A stretch of DNA of 64,000 nt from assembly GCA_965218795.1 (NCBI GenBank), contig OZ244653.1, positions 4,634,472-4,698,471 of the forward strand. The letters are read 5' to 3'. Numbering within the stretch: the first letter of the stretch is position 1; each line of letters opens with the position of its first letter. The stretch is from a bacterium (GTDB lineage Bacteria; UBA8248; JACPRG01; G963555815). The notes beneath the pieces are model-generated. The model saw only the letters and a program-made list of their open reading frames with translations, ran no database searches and was not told where the DNA came from. The position numbers and the translations under genes were made by a program. Shown piece by piece: positions 10,089 through 20,473 of the stretch.

Positions 10089-11168
10089 TCATGCCACCGC
10101 GTCCAGATTCTTGGCCAGAAAGTCCGCCAGGGGATGGCGGTTGACGTGGGACATGTTGTGGCAGCAATGAATCCCCTTCTCTTCGTATTGGGTTACGAGC
10201 ACAGGCACGTTCACGGCGGCCGCTTCGAGCTTGTTCGCCTGCTCGAAGGGAATCAGATCGTCCTGGACGCCGTGTTGAATATAGAGGGGACAGGTGATAT
10301 TGCCCGCATGATCCGTCAGGTCGATGAACCCCATCTTTTCCTTCGCCTTCGCCAAGTCGGTCTCGCCGCAGCAATACGCGACGCCGTCTTGAGTGAACTT
10401 GTCCAATCCGTCCCAGATGCTTTCGTAATCGAACATCGCGCCCCAGCAGACACAGACCTTGAACCGTTGGTCATGGGCGGCGCTCAAGGCGGCGTAGTAG
10501 CCTCCCAGACTCCTGCCCAGAAGTCCCAGGCGGGACATGTCCACCTGTCCGGAGCGTTCCTTCTCGAAGAAATCGACCACGGCTGAAGTGAATCGGTTGA
10601 AATCCCTGCGGATCGGGGTTTGGAAGAACATCTCTCCCTGACCGGGACCGTCGAACGCGTACGTCGCCATCCCCCGGTCCAGGCAGAGGCGCTCGAAGAG
10701 AAAGCTCTCTTCTTTCGTGCTTTCCAGTCCCCCGATGAGGACGACCAGCGGTGGATTCTCAACCCCGCGGGGGATTCGCAGATAGCCGGGAATGGAGAAC
10801 TCATCCAGTGGGATCTCAATGCGCTCGCCCGGCGGGAAGAACAGGGGGGCGGCCCGCTTGTAGAGCTCGACCTTCTTCTCTTGACCGGCTTCCCGAAGAT
10901 CCGGCCGCTCGAACATGTAGAACTGCGCGTAGTGGTAGTACATGCTGGCGCGCCAGAGCATCTCTCCGGCCGAGATGTTGCCGCCCTTGGAAAGATATTC
11001 CTCCGCTATTCGCTCGTAGCGGTCGCCGATGTCGGCCACGACTTCATACCAATCGTCGAAGGTCGCGCATCGTTCGAGAATTTCGTCGAGATCCAGTGTC
11101 TCCAGTCCGTCGCCGAGCATGCGGCCCCGGCTGCTGTCCAACAGTTCCTGCAATGGATCTTGGCTCAA
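10089..11168 (-). CDS. Alpha/beta-fold hydrolase with N-terminal helical region
   Basis: 359 aa. Nucleophile elbow LLGRSLGGYYA (GxSxG) plus downstream Asp/His. Overall layout resembles the C-C/ester hydrolases of N-heterocycle pathways; that is only an inference. Confidence 0.7.
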   Translation of the reverse strand: MSQDPLQELLDSSRGRMLGDGLETLDLDEILERCATFDDWYEVVADIGDRYERIAEEYLSKGGNISAGEMLWRASMYYHYAQFYMFERPDLREAGQEKKVELYKRAAPLFFPPGERIEIPLDEFSIPGYLRIPRGVENPPLVVLIGGLESTKEESFLFERLCLDRGMATYAFDGPGQGEMFFQTPIRRDFNRFTSAVVDFFEKERSGQVDMSRLGLLGRSLGGYYAALSAAHDQRFKVCVCWGAMFDYESIWDGLDKFTQDGVAYCCGETDLAKAKEKMGFIDLTDHAGNITCPLYIQHGVQDDLIPFEQANKLEAAAVNVPVLVTQYEEKGIHCCHNMSHVNRHPLADFLAKNLDAVA

Positions 11169-12715
11169 TTTCCGTTTCCTTTCTTCGAATCGGTGAGGCT
11201 CCGATATTCACGTTGCAGAGGCCCGGGAATCGGGCGCTCCGCGGTCAGGTCATCGCAGAAGCGCTCATACAAGGCGACCGCCCGATCACGTTCGGATTCT
11301 CCCGGCCAATCGGGTTCGCCACGCGACTTGACGGCTTCCAGAACTTCGCCGGTTACGTCCGCTTCGTTGACGGTCAGGACCTGGCCCTCCTCTACGACCA
11401 CCTTCCCTGCCACGAGAACGGTCCGCACCGATTGCCCTCCTTCGCAATACACGAGGTTTCGGACCGGATCGTTGATCGGTACCCATGGGATCGATTTCCG
11501 GTCGAGCAGCACGAGATCGGCCGGGCATCCGGCCTGAATCCGGCCCAGGCTCTCGGTCTCCAGCATGGCCGCGCCGCCTCCCCGGGTGGCCATCGAGACG
11601 GCTTCGTCGGCGCTGACGTGCTTGCGGTGATCGGGTTCCAGGTTGTTGTGCATGTAGCAGCCCATCCGGATGGCTTCGAACAGGTTTTGATGATCGTTGC
11701 TGCACGCCCCGTCCACTCCGATGGCCACTGGGAGCCCTCGGTCCAGCATTTTCCGCAGCGGCATCCATCCGCTGCCCATTTTACTGTTGGCCATGGGATT
11801 GTGAACCGGAACGGCCCCGGCTTCGGCGATGAGGTCGAGGTCATGGTCGTCCACCCAGACACAGTGCGGCATAGAGACCTCCGGTCCCAGGAACCCCGCG
11901 TCTTTCATGTAGGCAATGCCGCTCTTTCCGAACCGCTTCCGATTGGCCCAGTCCTGGATGAAGGTTTCGTTGATGTGGATGTGGAAACCCGCCCCGTGGG
12001 ACCGGGAGAGCTCGATGCAATCCTCCAAAAGACGATCACTGCACCACTGGAGCCCGCCGGGACCCGTCATGCACCGGAGACGGCCCTCCTCGGCGCGGTC
12101 CCACGTCCGGAAGAAGCTCTTCAGGTGGCCGAGCGTCTCTTCCCAGGGCGGGGCGTTTTCATAGCGATTCGCGAAGAAGGTATCCTCCAGAGCATGTCCC
12201 CGCTCGATGGCGTACTGCGTGACGTAGTCGGTGTCGGTGACGAGCGGGGCCAAGGCGGTCCGGATTCCGGCGTCCCGGTATGCCTTCATGGCCGCGTCCA
12301 ACCGATCGGGCGTAACCCCCGGTGACATCCAGCAGTGGTCGATGACGCTGGTGCTTCCCGTCTTCAGCATCTCGATTGCGCCGATGAGGCAGCTCAGGTA
12401 GACGTCCCGGGGAGAATACACGCCGGCGGTGCCGTAGACGAAGGGAAGCCACATCTCCAGCGGCTGGCGGTCGTTGATCCCCTTCAGGAAATTCTCGGCG
12501 GAATGGGTGTGCGCGTTGATCAAGCCCGGGATGACCAACCGGTCCGTACCGGGGATGATCGTATCGCTTACCTGTTGTCCGGTGGGTTCGATGGATGAGA
12601 TGGCAGCGCCGGCGATCAGGATGTCCCGGCCTTCCAGGATTTGGTCGCTATGGGCGGGATCCAGTATGGCGCAGTTTTTTATGAGCAGGCTGTCCGCCAC
12701 GTCACGCTCTCCCAC
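11165..12715 (-). CDS. Amidohydrolase-family protein (TRZ/ATZ-like) with C-terminal extension
   Basis: 516 aa. ...LVIPGLINAHTHSAENFLKG (HxH site). Its stop overlaps the start of the alpha/beta hydrolase gene, so the two are probably coupled. Confidence 0.85.
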   Translation of the reverse strand: MGERDVADSLLIKNCAILDPAHSDQILEGRDILIAGAAISSIEPTGQQVSDTIIPGTDRLVIPGLINAHTHSAENFLKGINDRQPLEMWLPFVYGTAGVYSPRDVYLSCLIGAIEMLKTGSTSVIDHCWMSPGVTPDRLDAAMKAYRDAGIRTALAPLVTDTDYVTQYAIERGHALEDTFFANRYENAPPWEETLGHLKSFFRTWDRAEEGRLRCMTGPGGLQWCSDRLLEDCIELSRSHGAGFHIHINETFIQDWANRKRFGKSGIAYMKDAGFLGPEVSMPHCVWVDDHDLDLIAEAGAVPVHNPMANSKMGSGWMPLRKMLDRGLPVAIGVDGACSNDHQNLFEAIRMGCYMHNNLEPDHRKHVSADEAVSMATRGGGAAMLETESLGRIQAGCPADLVLLDRKSIPWVPINDPVRNLVYCEGGQSVRTVLVAGKVVVEEGQVLTVNEADVTGEVLEAVKSRGEPDWPGESERDRAVALYERFCDDLTAERPIPGPLQREYRSLTDSKKGNGN

Positions 12716-13083
12716 AAGCCCCCCGAAACGCCCTGCGGAATCTTGGAGGGATAACTCTTGCCCGTTTTCCCCTCCTGGGAACGAAGCGAGGGCATCGGAG
12801 CGGAACGAGAAATCAGGCCAATGTCATTTGTTCGGTAAGTAGAGGGCGGCTTTTGGCAGATGGTAGTTCAGGGCCACAGGGGTGTCAAGCGCGATAGTTG
12901 CTTGAGCGGGACCCGCTGGGGTGAATTTCGGTTTCCACGTCTCGAAGCAGGGATTGTCCTTCTTCCATTTCATGGATTAGGATGAGGGGTTCGAAAATCG
13001 AGGCGTTATGCAAATCACCCGTGATCGGGATAGCTCCGTCACGTGGCGATGGTTTTGACCGACTTGAGCGTGGAGTCCTGTAG

Positions 13084-15390
13084 ATGAGCGGAGTGATTGG
13101 GCAATCCCTTCCTCGCCTGGACGGCGTCGAGAAAGCAAAAGGGTCCTTCCAATATGTGAGCGATCATTTTCCGACCGATTGTCTGAAGGGAGCGCTTCTG
13201 CGCAGCACGATTCCCCACGGGCGGGTCAGGGGCCTCAACCTGGAACGCGCGCGACAGGCACCCGGAGTTCACGCCGTGATTGGTATCGGCGACAGCCCCG
13301 GGCGGCGGTACAACCCCATTTACAACCAGTCGAATCCCACGACGGACCTGTTGGTGAAGGACGAGGTGGTCTTCGAGGAGGTCATCCGCTACCTGGGCCA
13401 GCCCGTCGCTGCAGTGGCGGCGGAGAGCGCCGATCGGGCAGAGAAGGCCCTGGATCTCATCGAAATCGAGTATGAAGAGTTGCCGGCCGTTTTCGATATG
13501 GACAGGGCGCTCGAGCCGGGGGCCCCGGTCGTCCGTCCCGGCGGCGAGGGCAACATCGCGTTCGGCTGGCGCGACGCCGATGAACCCATCACGCTCCAGC
13601 GGGGTACATTGGAGGAGGGATTTGCCGAAGCGGAACACATTTTCGAGGATGAATTCTCGACTCAGCGCATCAATCAGACCGCTCTGGAGCCGCACCTGGC
13701 CGTTTCGTGGCCCGAGTCGAGCGGCCGGTTGGCCATGCTGTCCACGACCCAGTCGATCTTCGGACTTCGGTCCTGCCTCTCCGAGGCCCTCGGGATGCAC
13801 CCGGGAAGGATCCGGGTCCTCCGCCCGAACCTGGGCGGCGCATTCGGAAAGGGGCTGGACCTGGCCGTCAACGAGGTCATCTGCGCCATCCTGGCGATAC
13901 GCGCCCAGAAGGCCGTCCGGATTGAGTACACGCGCGAGGAGGAGTTCATCGCGAGCGCCCGCCACCCCTCGCGCATCCGGATCCGGACGGGGCTCAAAGG
14001 CGACGGGGCCATCACTGCCCGGCATATGAAAGCGTGGATGGAATGCGGATCGGCGGCCAACCACGGCCCTTCGGTAGTTCTGGTGGGGGGAATGACCTTC
14101 ATCGGGGCCTACAATACGCCCCATTATCTATTCGAAGGGCACGCGGTTTATACGAATGTTTTCCCGTCGGGAGCGATGCGCGGGTACGGCGGCGTTCAGA
14201 CGAACTTCGCAATCGAGTGCCACATGAGCCGGATCGCCTCCGAGATGGGGCTGGACGAGTTCGATTTCCGTTTGAAGAACGCGTATCGGGTGGGCGACGT
14301 ATCGCCCCTTTCGGGTTTTCGGGTTGAATCGTGCGCCCTTCCGGAATGCGCGAAAATCGTCCGGGAGAGGATCGGATGGGACCGGCCGGAGGCCCGGGAA
14401 AGCGCAGGGCCGGCCCGCAAGGTGGGGTTGGGGGTGGCGTTTGCGAACATGCGCAACACGGGCGTTCACGGATCGGATGACCGGCCGGAGAAGATCCTCG
14501 AATACTCGGGGGCCATCGTGAAGGTCAATGAAGACGGCACGGTCAATCTCGTCACGGCGTCCATCGAGCAGGGCGCGGGACAGAGCATGGTGCTCGCGCA
14601 GATCGTGGCGGACGCCATCGGGATCTCCGCGGATGAGGTGATCATCGCGCCGACGGACACGGACACGGCCCCCTTCGACGTGGCCACACATGCCAGCCGC
14701 ATCACGTACGTGTCGGGACACGCCGCTCACCGGGCGGCGCTGGAAGCCCGGCGGCAGCTTGCGGAGACGGCCGGAAGGATGCTCGGCGAGTCGCCGGATG
14801 ACCTCGACATCCAACAGGGCGTCGTGTCCGTCCGCGGCTCGGCCAAACGGCTGGATGTTCGGGAAGTCGCCGCGCACTGCCATTACGAAGAGATGAAGAC
14901 CATCATGGGGACGGCCAGCTCAACGCCACCGGGAAACCCCCCGCCGTTCGGAGTGCAATGCGTCAAGGTCGCTGTGGACATCGAGACGGGGGAGGTCGAG
15001 ATCCTGGACATGGCGGACGCCCACGACGCCGGGAAGGTCGTGAACCCGCTGGGCGCGGAGGGTCAGATCACAGGCGCGTTCGTCCAGGGAATCGGCTACG
15101 CCCTGACGGAGAACCTGGTCATGGACCCGGATTCCGGCGCCCCGGTCAACGGCCAGATGGCCGATTACAAAATCCCGACGACGCTCGATGTTCCGACCGG
15201 CCCGGTCGTGGAATTCGCAGAAAACGTCGATCCCTCGGGGATGGGGGTGAAGAGTGTTGCGGAGTCCGCTGCACTCCCGCCAGCCCCGGCCATCGCCAAC
15301 GCCGTCTCCGATGCCATTGGCGTCAGGATTCACGAATTGCCGATCACGCCGGAAAATATCCTCCGCGCGATTCGCGAAAAAGGGAAGTAG
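13084..15390 (+). CDS. Xanthine dehydrogenase-family molybdopterin-binding large subunit (molybdenum hydroxylase)
   Basis: 768 aa. N-terminal MSGVIGQSLPRLDGVEKAKG... is the typical start of aldehyde-oxidase/XDH Mo-binding subunits. No small FeS or FAD subunit genes are adjacent. Confidence 0.9.
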   Translation: MSGVIGQSLPRLDGVEKAKGSFQYVSDHFPTDCLKGALLRSTIPHGRVRGLNLERARQAPGVHAVIGIGDSPGRRYNPIYNQSNPTTDLLVKDEVVFEEVIRYLGQPVAAVAAESADRAEKALDLIEIEYEELPAVFDMDRALEPGAPVVRPGGEGNIAFGWRDADEPITLQRGTLEEGFAEAEHIFEDEFSTQRINQTALEPHLAVSWPESSGRLAMLSTTQSIFGLRSCLSEALGMHPGRIRVLRPNLGGAFGKGLDLAVNEVICAILAIRAQKAVRIEYTREEEFIASARHPSRIRIRTGLKGDGAITARHMKAWMECGSAANHGPSVVLVGGMTFIGAYNTPHYLFEGHAVYTNVFPSGAMRGYGGVQTNFAIECHMSRIASEMGLDEFDFRLKNAYRVGDVSPLSGFRVESCALPECAKIVRERIGWDRPEARESAGPARKVGLGVAFANMRNTGVHGSDDRPEKILEYSGAIVKVNEDGTVNLVTASIEQGAGQSMVLAQIVADAIGISADEVIIAPTDTDTAPFDVATHASRITYVSGHAAHRAALEARRQLAETAGRMLGESPDDLDIQQGVVSVRGSAKRLDVREVAAHCHYEEMKTIMGTASSTPPGNPPPFGVQCVKVAVDIETGEVEILDMADAHDAGKVVNPLGAEGQITGAFVQGIGYALTENLVMDPDSGAPVNGQMADYKIPTTLDVPTGPVVEFAENVDPSGMGVKSVAESAALPPAPAIANAVSDAIGVRIHELPITPENILRAIREKGK

Positions 15391-15450
15391 CGGAAGTGCC
15401 GGCGGCATGGGAGAGCTCCCCGAACCGGAAATGGATGCGCCCCCGTACCC

Positions 15451-16932
15451 TTGAGCGGGCTGACAGGAGAACTTCCATTGGCATATGAAGACCTGAGGGC
15501 CTATCTGGACGCCCTTGAGCGGGACGAGTTGTTGCACTGGGTGGAGAACGAGGTCGATCCGTCCTGGGAAATTTCGGCGCTTGCCCGGATGATCTTCCGG
15601 GGGTATCGCGAAGAGGACCGATACGGCCTCGGGTTCCGGAACATCAGGGGGTGTCCGGGAGGACGTCTCGTGACGGGGGTCACGGCGATTTCTTCCAGGC
15701 AGATCGGCGTGGCGGTGGAAACGAAATCCGAACCCGGAGCGATCTTCGAGCGGGTCAACGGAGGCATCCGGAACCCGATCTCGCCCGTGATGGTGGACTC
15801 GGGACCCTGCAAGGATGTGGTCCTCATGGGGGAAGAGGCGGACTTGACGCTGTTGCCCGTTCCGACCTGGACTCCAGAGAAGGACGGAGGCCCTTATCTC
15901 ACCCCCCTCTGGGTCACGAAGGATCCGGAAACGGGGGTGCGGGATATCGGCGTCCGCCGGTGCCAGCTCAAAGGGCCGAGACACACGGGCATTCAATTCG
16001 CCGCGCCGGACCGCTACGGGGCCGTTCAGTGGGCCAAGTGGAGGGAGCGGGGGGAGCCCATGCCCGCCGCGCTTTTCAGCGGCGTCGATCCGGTGATCAC
16101 GCTGGTTGGTCCGGGCCGGTACGGGCGCGATGAGCTTGAGGTGGCTGGGGGAATTCGGGGCGAGCCCGTGGAACTGGTCAAATGCGAAACGGTTGATCTG
16201 GAGGTTCCCGCAACAGCGGAGTTCGTGGCCGAAGGGGAGATCACCACGGATCGGGTGGAGGCGGAGGGGCCCTTCGGGGAGTTCACCGGCTACATGGCCG
16301 GGAACCGGGAGTGTCCCGTGTTTCACGTCAAGTGCATCACCCACCGGCGCGACCCCATCCTCGTCGGCCTGATCAGCCAGTTCCCGCCGAACGAGAGCAC
16401 CGTGTTGAAGCGGCACTTTTTGGAGACCGCGATCCATCGGCATCTCGTCTCGACGCTGAAGATTCCCGGGTTGGTGGACCTTCATATGCCCGAGGCGGGG
16501 GGCAGCGCCGCCGCGCTCTGGATGAGCGTGCGCAAGGTCTATGCGGGCCAAGTGGAGCAGCTCATGAACGGCGCCCTGGGATTTTGCGGTATGAGCTACT
16601 TCAAGTGGATCGTGGTGGTGGACGATGACGTCGACGTTCGGGATCCGTTCATTCGGGAATGGGTGATGAACTATCGCGTCCGCCCGGACAAGGACATCCG
16701 CGTCCTAAGCGACATGGGCGCGCTCGAGCTGGACCCATCGTCGGACGACCCCGCCAGGGGGGACCGGCCCATGACGGGGGCCAAAGCGCTCATCGACGCG
16801 ACGAAGAAGTGGAAGTATCCGGATGTCTCCTTCCCGCCCCGAAGGTATCTGGAGCGGGTTCGGGAGGATTGGTCCAAGTATGAGCTCCCGCCATTGGGAG
16901 AGGTCAATCTGCCGAGGGGGCTGGGGGATTGA
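15451..16932 (+). CDS. UbiD-family (prFMN-dependent) reversible decarboxylase
   Basis: 493 aa. N-terminal ...AYEDLRAYLDALERDELLHWVENEVDPSWEISALARMIF and the length match UbiD/Fdc-like decarboxylases. No ubiX is nearby. Confidence 0.9.
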   Translation: MSGLTGELPLAYEDLRAYLDALERDELLHWVENEVDPSWEISALARMIFRGYREEDRYGLGFRNIRGCPGGRLVTGVTAISSRQIGVAVETKSEPGAIFERVNGGIRNPISPVMVDSGPCKDVVLMGEEADLTLLPVPTWTPEKDGGPYLTPLWVTKDPETGVRDIGVRRCQLKGPRHTGIQFAAPDRYGAVQWAKWRERGEPMPAALFSGVDPVITLVGPGRYGRDELEVAGGIRGEPVELVKCETVDLEVPATAEFVAEGEITTDRVEAEGPFGEFTGYMAGNRECPVFHVKCITHRRDPILVGLISQFPPNESTVLKRHFLETAIHRHLVSTLKIPGLVDLHMPEAGGSAAALWMSVRKVYAGQVEQLMNGALGFCGMSYFKWIVVVDDDVDVRDPFIREWVMNYRVRPDKDIRVLSDMGALELDPSSDDPARGDRPMTGAKALIDATKKWKYPDVSFPPRRYLERVREDWSKYELPPLGEVNLPRGLGD

Positions 16933-16965
16933 TGAGCGCCGCGAAAACGCGGAGGCACGTTGTCT

Positions 16966-19389
16966 TCACAAAGCGCCCCCCGCCTCGATGTCTGATGTCT
17001 TCCGCAGGGCCGCCCAGACCGCTTCAGGAGACAGCGGAAGATCCTTGAACCGGACGCCCACGGCGTCCCGGATGGCATTGGCGATGGCGGCGGCCGTCGG
17101 CGCGAGGGCGGGCTCGCCGACGCCTTTCGCGCCGAAGGGGCCGTCGGGGTGGGGAACCTCGACCAGCCGGGCCGTCAGGCTCGGCACGTCCAGCGTGGAG
17201 CACATGTGGTAATCGACGAACGTCGGGTTGAGGAACTTCCCCTCCTCCAGCGTGACTTCCTCGATCAAGGTACAGCCCAGCCCCATAGCCAGGGCGCCCT
17301 CCAACTGCTGAAGGCAGTTCATGGGGTTGATGGCCCGGCCGACGTCGTGGGCCGCGACCAGCCGAAGGACCCTAACCTCCCCGGTTTCATGATCCACCTC
17401 GACTTCGGCCGCCTGGGCCCCATACATCCAGAAAGGCACCGGCCGCGACCCCTGTCCGGTCTCCGGGTCGAGGGGCGTGACGTCCTCCATGTGGTACTCG
17501 CCCCGGCCGACGACAGCCCGCTCACCCCGGATCCCGAAAACCAGCCGGCCGAGTGAAAGCGTCCGTTCCGGGGACCCGGTGACGGTGACCTGCCCGCCTT
17601 TCAGCTCGATATCCTCGGGCGCCGCCTCCAGGACGTCCGCCCCCATTGCGAGAATCTGGGTCCTGGCGTCCGCGGCGGCCCGTTGCAGGGCCAGCCCCAT
17701 TGAGAAGGTCGTCCGGCTCGCCGTCGTGGAGCGGTCGTAGGGTGTGACGTCCGTATCGGGCACGGCCAGGCTGATTTGCGCCGGGTCGACGCCCAGCTCC
17801 TCGGCGACGATCTGTGTCAGTACGGTCTGGGCCCCCTGACCGACTTCGATACTGCTCGAGAGCGCCTGGACGGTCCCGTCCTCGTTGATCTTGACGAATG
17901 CGGAGGAGGAGCCGTACCCGGCCGCCCCGCCCTTGTTCATCGCTGCGATGCCGCGTCCCGTTCCCGGGGTTTTCGGCTCGGTCCAGCCGATCGACTCGGC
18001 CGCGGCCCGGAGCGATTCGAGCACGCCGACGCTTTTCAACGACTCGCCCGTCGGGGAGATATCCCCTTCGCGGTGGGCGTTGCGAAGGCGGAATTCCAGC
18101 GGATCGAGCCCGAGTACCCGGGCAATTTCGTCTATCTGGCACTCCGACGCCCACGTCACCTGCGGTATCCCGTATCCCCGAAAGGCGCCCGCCACGGGGT
18201 TGTTGGTGTACACGCAGAGGCTGTCGATGTGAACGTGGGGAATCCGGTAGGGTCCGCCCGCGGAGTATCCGGCGTTGGTGGCCACCGTCGGACCCTTTTC
18301 CGTGTAGGCCCCCGTGTCCCAGTAGACCTTGATCTCACGGCCCAGCAGGAGACCATCCTCTGTAACGCCCGTCCGCAATTCGTGAACGGTCGGGTGCCGC
18401 ATCATGGTCGATGTAAAGACCTCCTCGCGGGTGAACAAGACCCGAACGGGTCGTCCCCCGGCATGGAGGGCCAGCAGCGCGGCGAGGGGTTCCGCGTTGA
18501 GCCCCCCCTTTCCGCCGAAGCCTCCGCCCATGGGCAGGGAAGTGACGCGCAACCTCGTCATGGGGAGGCCGAAGGCCGCCGCCAGCTCCCGCCTGCATCG
18601 ATAGGGAGCGTCATTGTGGGTCCAGACGGTCAGCTTGTCGCCCGAGGTCTGGGCCATGGCGGCGTGGACTTCCAGCGGCGCATGATGGACCGCGTGGCTC
18701 GAATATCGATCCGTGAAAACCCGGTGGGCCTTGGAGAAGGCTTCCTCGACGCTTCCCCGGCGCAGCCTGAAGTGATGGCAAATGTTCGTTCCCTCGACCG
18801 GCAGACAACTCTTGTCGCGCCGGTACGTCATCATGTCTTCATGGACGACGGGCGCTTCCGGGGAGACCGCCGTTTCGGGGTCGTGCACACCGGGGAGCTC
18901 TTCGTATTCGACATTGATTCGCTCCAGCGCCTCCAGGGCGGCATCGTCGCTTTCCGCCGCCACAGCCGCGACCCCCTCCCCCTGAAACCGGGTCGTCCCA
19001 ACCGCAAGGACCGGGCGGTCCAGCATGGACGAACCGTACAGCCCGGGGTTGTCCCGTCCCGTCACCACGACCCGGACCCCGCGAACCTTCCCGGCCGATG
19101 AAACGTCGATGTTCCGGATTCGCGCGTGAGGATAAGGGCTCCGCAAGGTCCGCCCCGCGAGCATTCCCGGCAGCTTGAAGTCGGCCCCGTAAACGACGGT
19201 ACCGGTGGATTTGTCCCCGGCGTCCACGCGGGGCAGGGATGCGCCCACCAGAATCGATCCGCCGGTGACTTCGGCTTCCTGTCTCATTTCCCTCGCCGTG
19301 CTTCCAGCCGGGCCGTCTTCGGCCCATATCGGGACGCCGGCCCCCGAAGGAGTCCGCCCTGTCCATCCCGTTGGGATCCAATCTCCCAA
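16966..19389 (-). CDS. Xanthine dehydrogenase-family molybdopterin-binding large subunit, second copy
   Basis: 807-aa ORF. The true start is probably internal (MRQEAEV.., about 19287). Contains ...LPRVDAGDKSTGTVVYGADFKLPGMLAGRTLRSPYPHARIRNIDVS..., typical of Mo-hydroxylase large subunits. Confidence 0.85.
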   Translation of the reverse strand: MGDWIPTGWTGRTPSGAGVPIWAEDGPAGSTAREMRQEAEVTGGSILVGASLPRVDAGDKSTGTVVYGADFKLPGMLAGRTLRSPYPHARIRNIDVSSAGKVRGVRVVVTGRDNPGLYGSSMLDRPVLAVGTTRFQGEGVAAVAAESDDAALEALERINVEYEELPGVHDPETAVSPEAPVVHEDMMTYRRDKSCLPVEGTNICHHFRLRRGSVEEAFSKAHRVFTDRYSSHAVHHAPLEVHAAMAQTSGDKLTVWTHNDAPYRCRRELAAAFGLPMTRLRVTSLPMGGGFGGKGGLNAEPLAALLALHAGGRPVRVLFTREEVFTSTMMRHPTVHELRTGVTEDGLLLGREIKVYWDTGAYTEKGPTVATNAGYSAGGPYRIPHVHIDSLCVYTNNPVAGAFRGYGIPQVTWASECQIDEIARVLGLDPLEFRLRNAHREGDISPTGESLKSVGVLESLRAAAESIGWTEPKTPGTGRGIAAMNKGGAAGYGSSSAFVKINEDGTVQALSSSIEVGQGAQTVLTQIVAEELGVDPAQISLAVPDTDVTPYDRSTTASRTTFSMGLALQRAAADARTQILAMGADVLEAAPEDIELKGGQVTVTGSPERTLSLGRLVFGIRGERAVVGRGEYHMEDVTPLDPETGQGSRPVPFWMYGAQAAEVEVDHETGEVRVLRLVAAHDVGRAINPMNCLQQLEGALAMGLGCTLIEEVTLEEGKFLNPTFVDYHMCSTLDVPSLTARLVEVPHPDGPFGAKGVGEPALAPTAAAIANAIRDAVGVRFKDLPLSPEAVWAALRKTSDIEAGGAL

Positions 19390-19601
19390 TTCCGGTCAGA
19401 CAATATACACGAACCCCCCGAAAGCCGCTGGAAGGCTCCGGCCCATTTGAATCGAAGGGATTCGTGAATTCGACGATGCTGCCGAATGCCCGCGCGGTCC
19501 AAGCTCCCCAAGATGGAAACCGAGCAAGGTGGAGGACCTTATAATGTCCCGGTGGTCCATGAGGGCCCGAGACCCAACCGTCCGGACGGAGACGAGGAAT
19601 C

Positions 19602-20423
19602 ATGACTCATTCTTACGAAACCATAGCAGTCGAAAAGTCGGATGGCGTCACCACGCTGCGATTCAATCGGCCGGAGAAGAAGAACGCGATGAGCCCCCGA
19701 CTGCACCGGGAGATGCTGGAGGCGATGGATGTCCTGGAAGATGACCCGGATACGCGGGTTTTGATCGTCACCGGGTCGGGTGACAGCTTTTGCGCCGGGC
19801 AGGACCTGAAGGAATTCTTCGCGGAGTTGGAGGGGAAACCCGTCGAGCGGCGGCGGGCCGCCAAAACCTCCGCAGAGTGGCAGGCCCTGAAGCTTCGTCT
19901 TTTCGCGAAACCCACGATTGCGGCCGTCAACGGCTGGTGTTTCGGGGGCGGGTTCGTCCCCGTGGCCGTTTGCGACCTTGCCGTGGCGGCGGACGAAGCG
20001 GTATTCGGTCTAAGCGAGATCAATTTTGGACAATTTCCCGGAGGTTTGGTCACTCAGGCGTTGGATGAGGTCATGCGCCCCCGGGATTACCTCTACTTTG
20101 CGATGACGGGGGAAACCTTTGACGGTCGGAAGGCCGCGGATATCGGACTCGTGAATTTTTCGGTTCCACTGAAGGATCTGGACGGCGCGGTCCGAAGGCT
20201 GGCGACAAAACTGATGGAAAAAGACCCGGTCGCATTGCGACAGACGAAGGAGGTCTACAAAATCGGAAAGCGGATGGATTGGGAGCAGGCGTACGCGTGG
20301 GCGATGGCCAAGGGGAATGAGTTGACCTTCCACCAGGAGGGGGCCTGGGTGAACGAAGGGATCGGTCAGTTCAAAGACAAGAAATACAAGCCCGGTCTCG
20401 GTTCTTTCAAACCGGAGGAATAA
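19602..20423 (+). CDS. Enoyl-CoA hydratase/isomerase (crotonase) family protein
   Basis: 273 aa. ...TLRFNRPEKKNAMSPRLHREMLEAMDVLEDDPDTRVLIVTGSGDSFCAGQDLKEF shows the crotonase oxyanion-hole region. Confidence 0.85.
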   Translation: MTHSYETIAVEKSDGVTTLRFNRPEKKNAMSPRLHREMLEAMDVLEDDPDTRVLIVTGSGDSFCAGQDLKEFFAELEGKPVERRRAAKTSAEWQALKLRLFAKPTIAAVNGWCFGGGFVPVAVCDLAVAADEAVFGLSEINFGQFPGGLVTQALDEVMRPRDYLYFAMTGETFDGRKAADIGLVNFSVPLKDLDGAVRRLATKLMEKDPVALRQTKEVYKIGKRMDWEQAYAWAMAKGNELTFHQEGAWVNEGIGQFKDKKYKPGLGSFKPEE

Positions 20424-20473
20424 ATCAACCTTCCATCGGATTCCGGGCGATTGAGTTTCCGCAACGCCGCCCG

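Noticed and set aside
9156-12325. Long + strand ORFs (9156-10586, 10620-11537, 10751-12325) opposite the hydrolase/amidohydrolase genes
   Set aside because: Arg/Pro/Gly-rich translations typical of antisense frames in high-GC DNA. The minus-strand genes have clear catalytic motifs.
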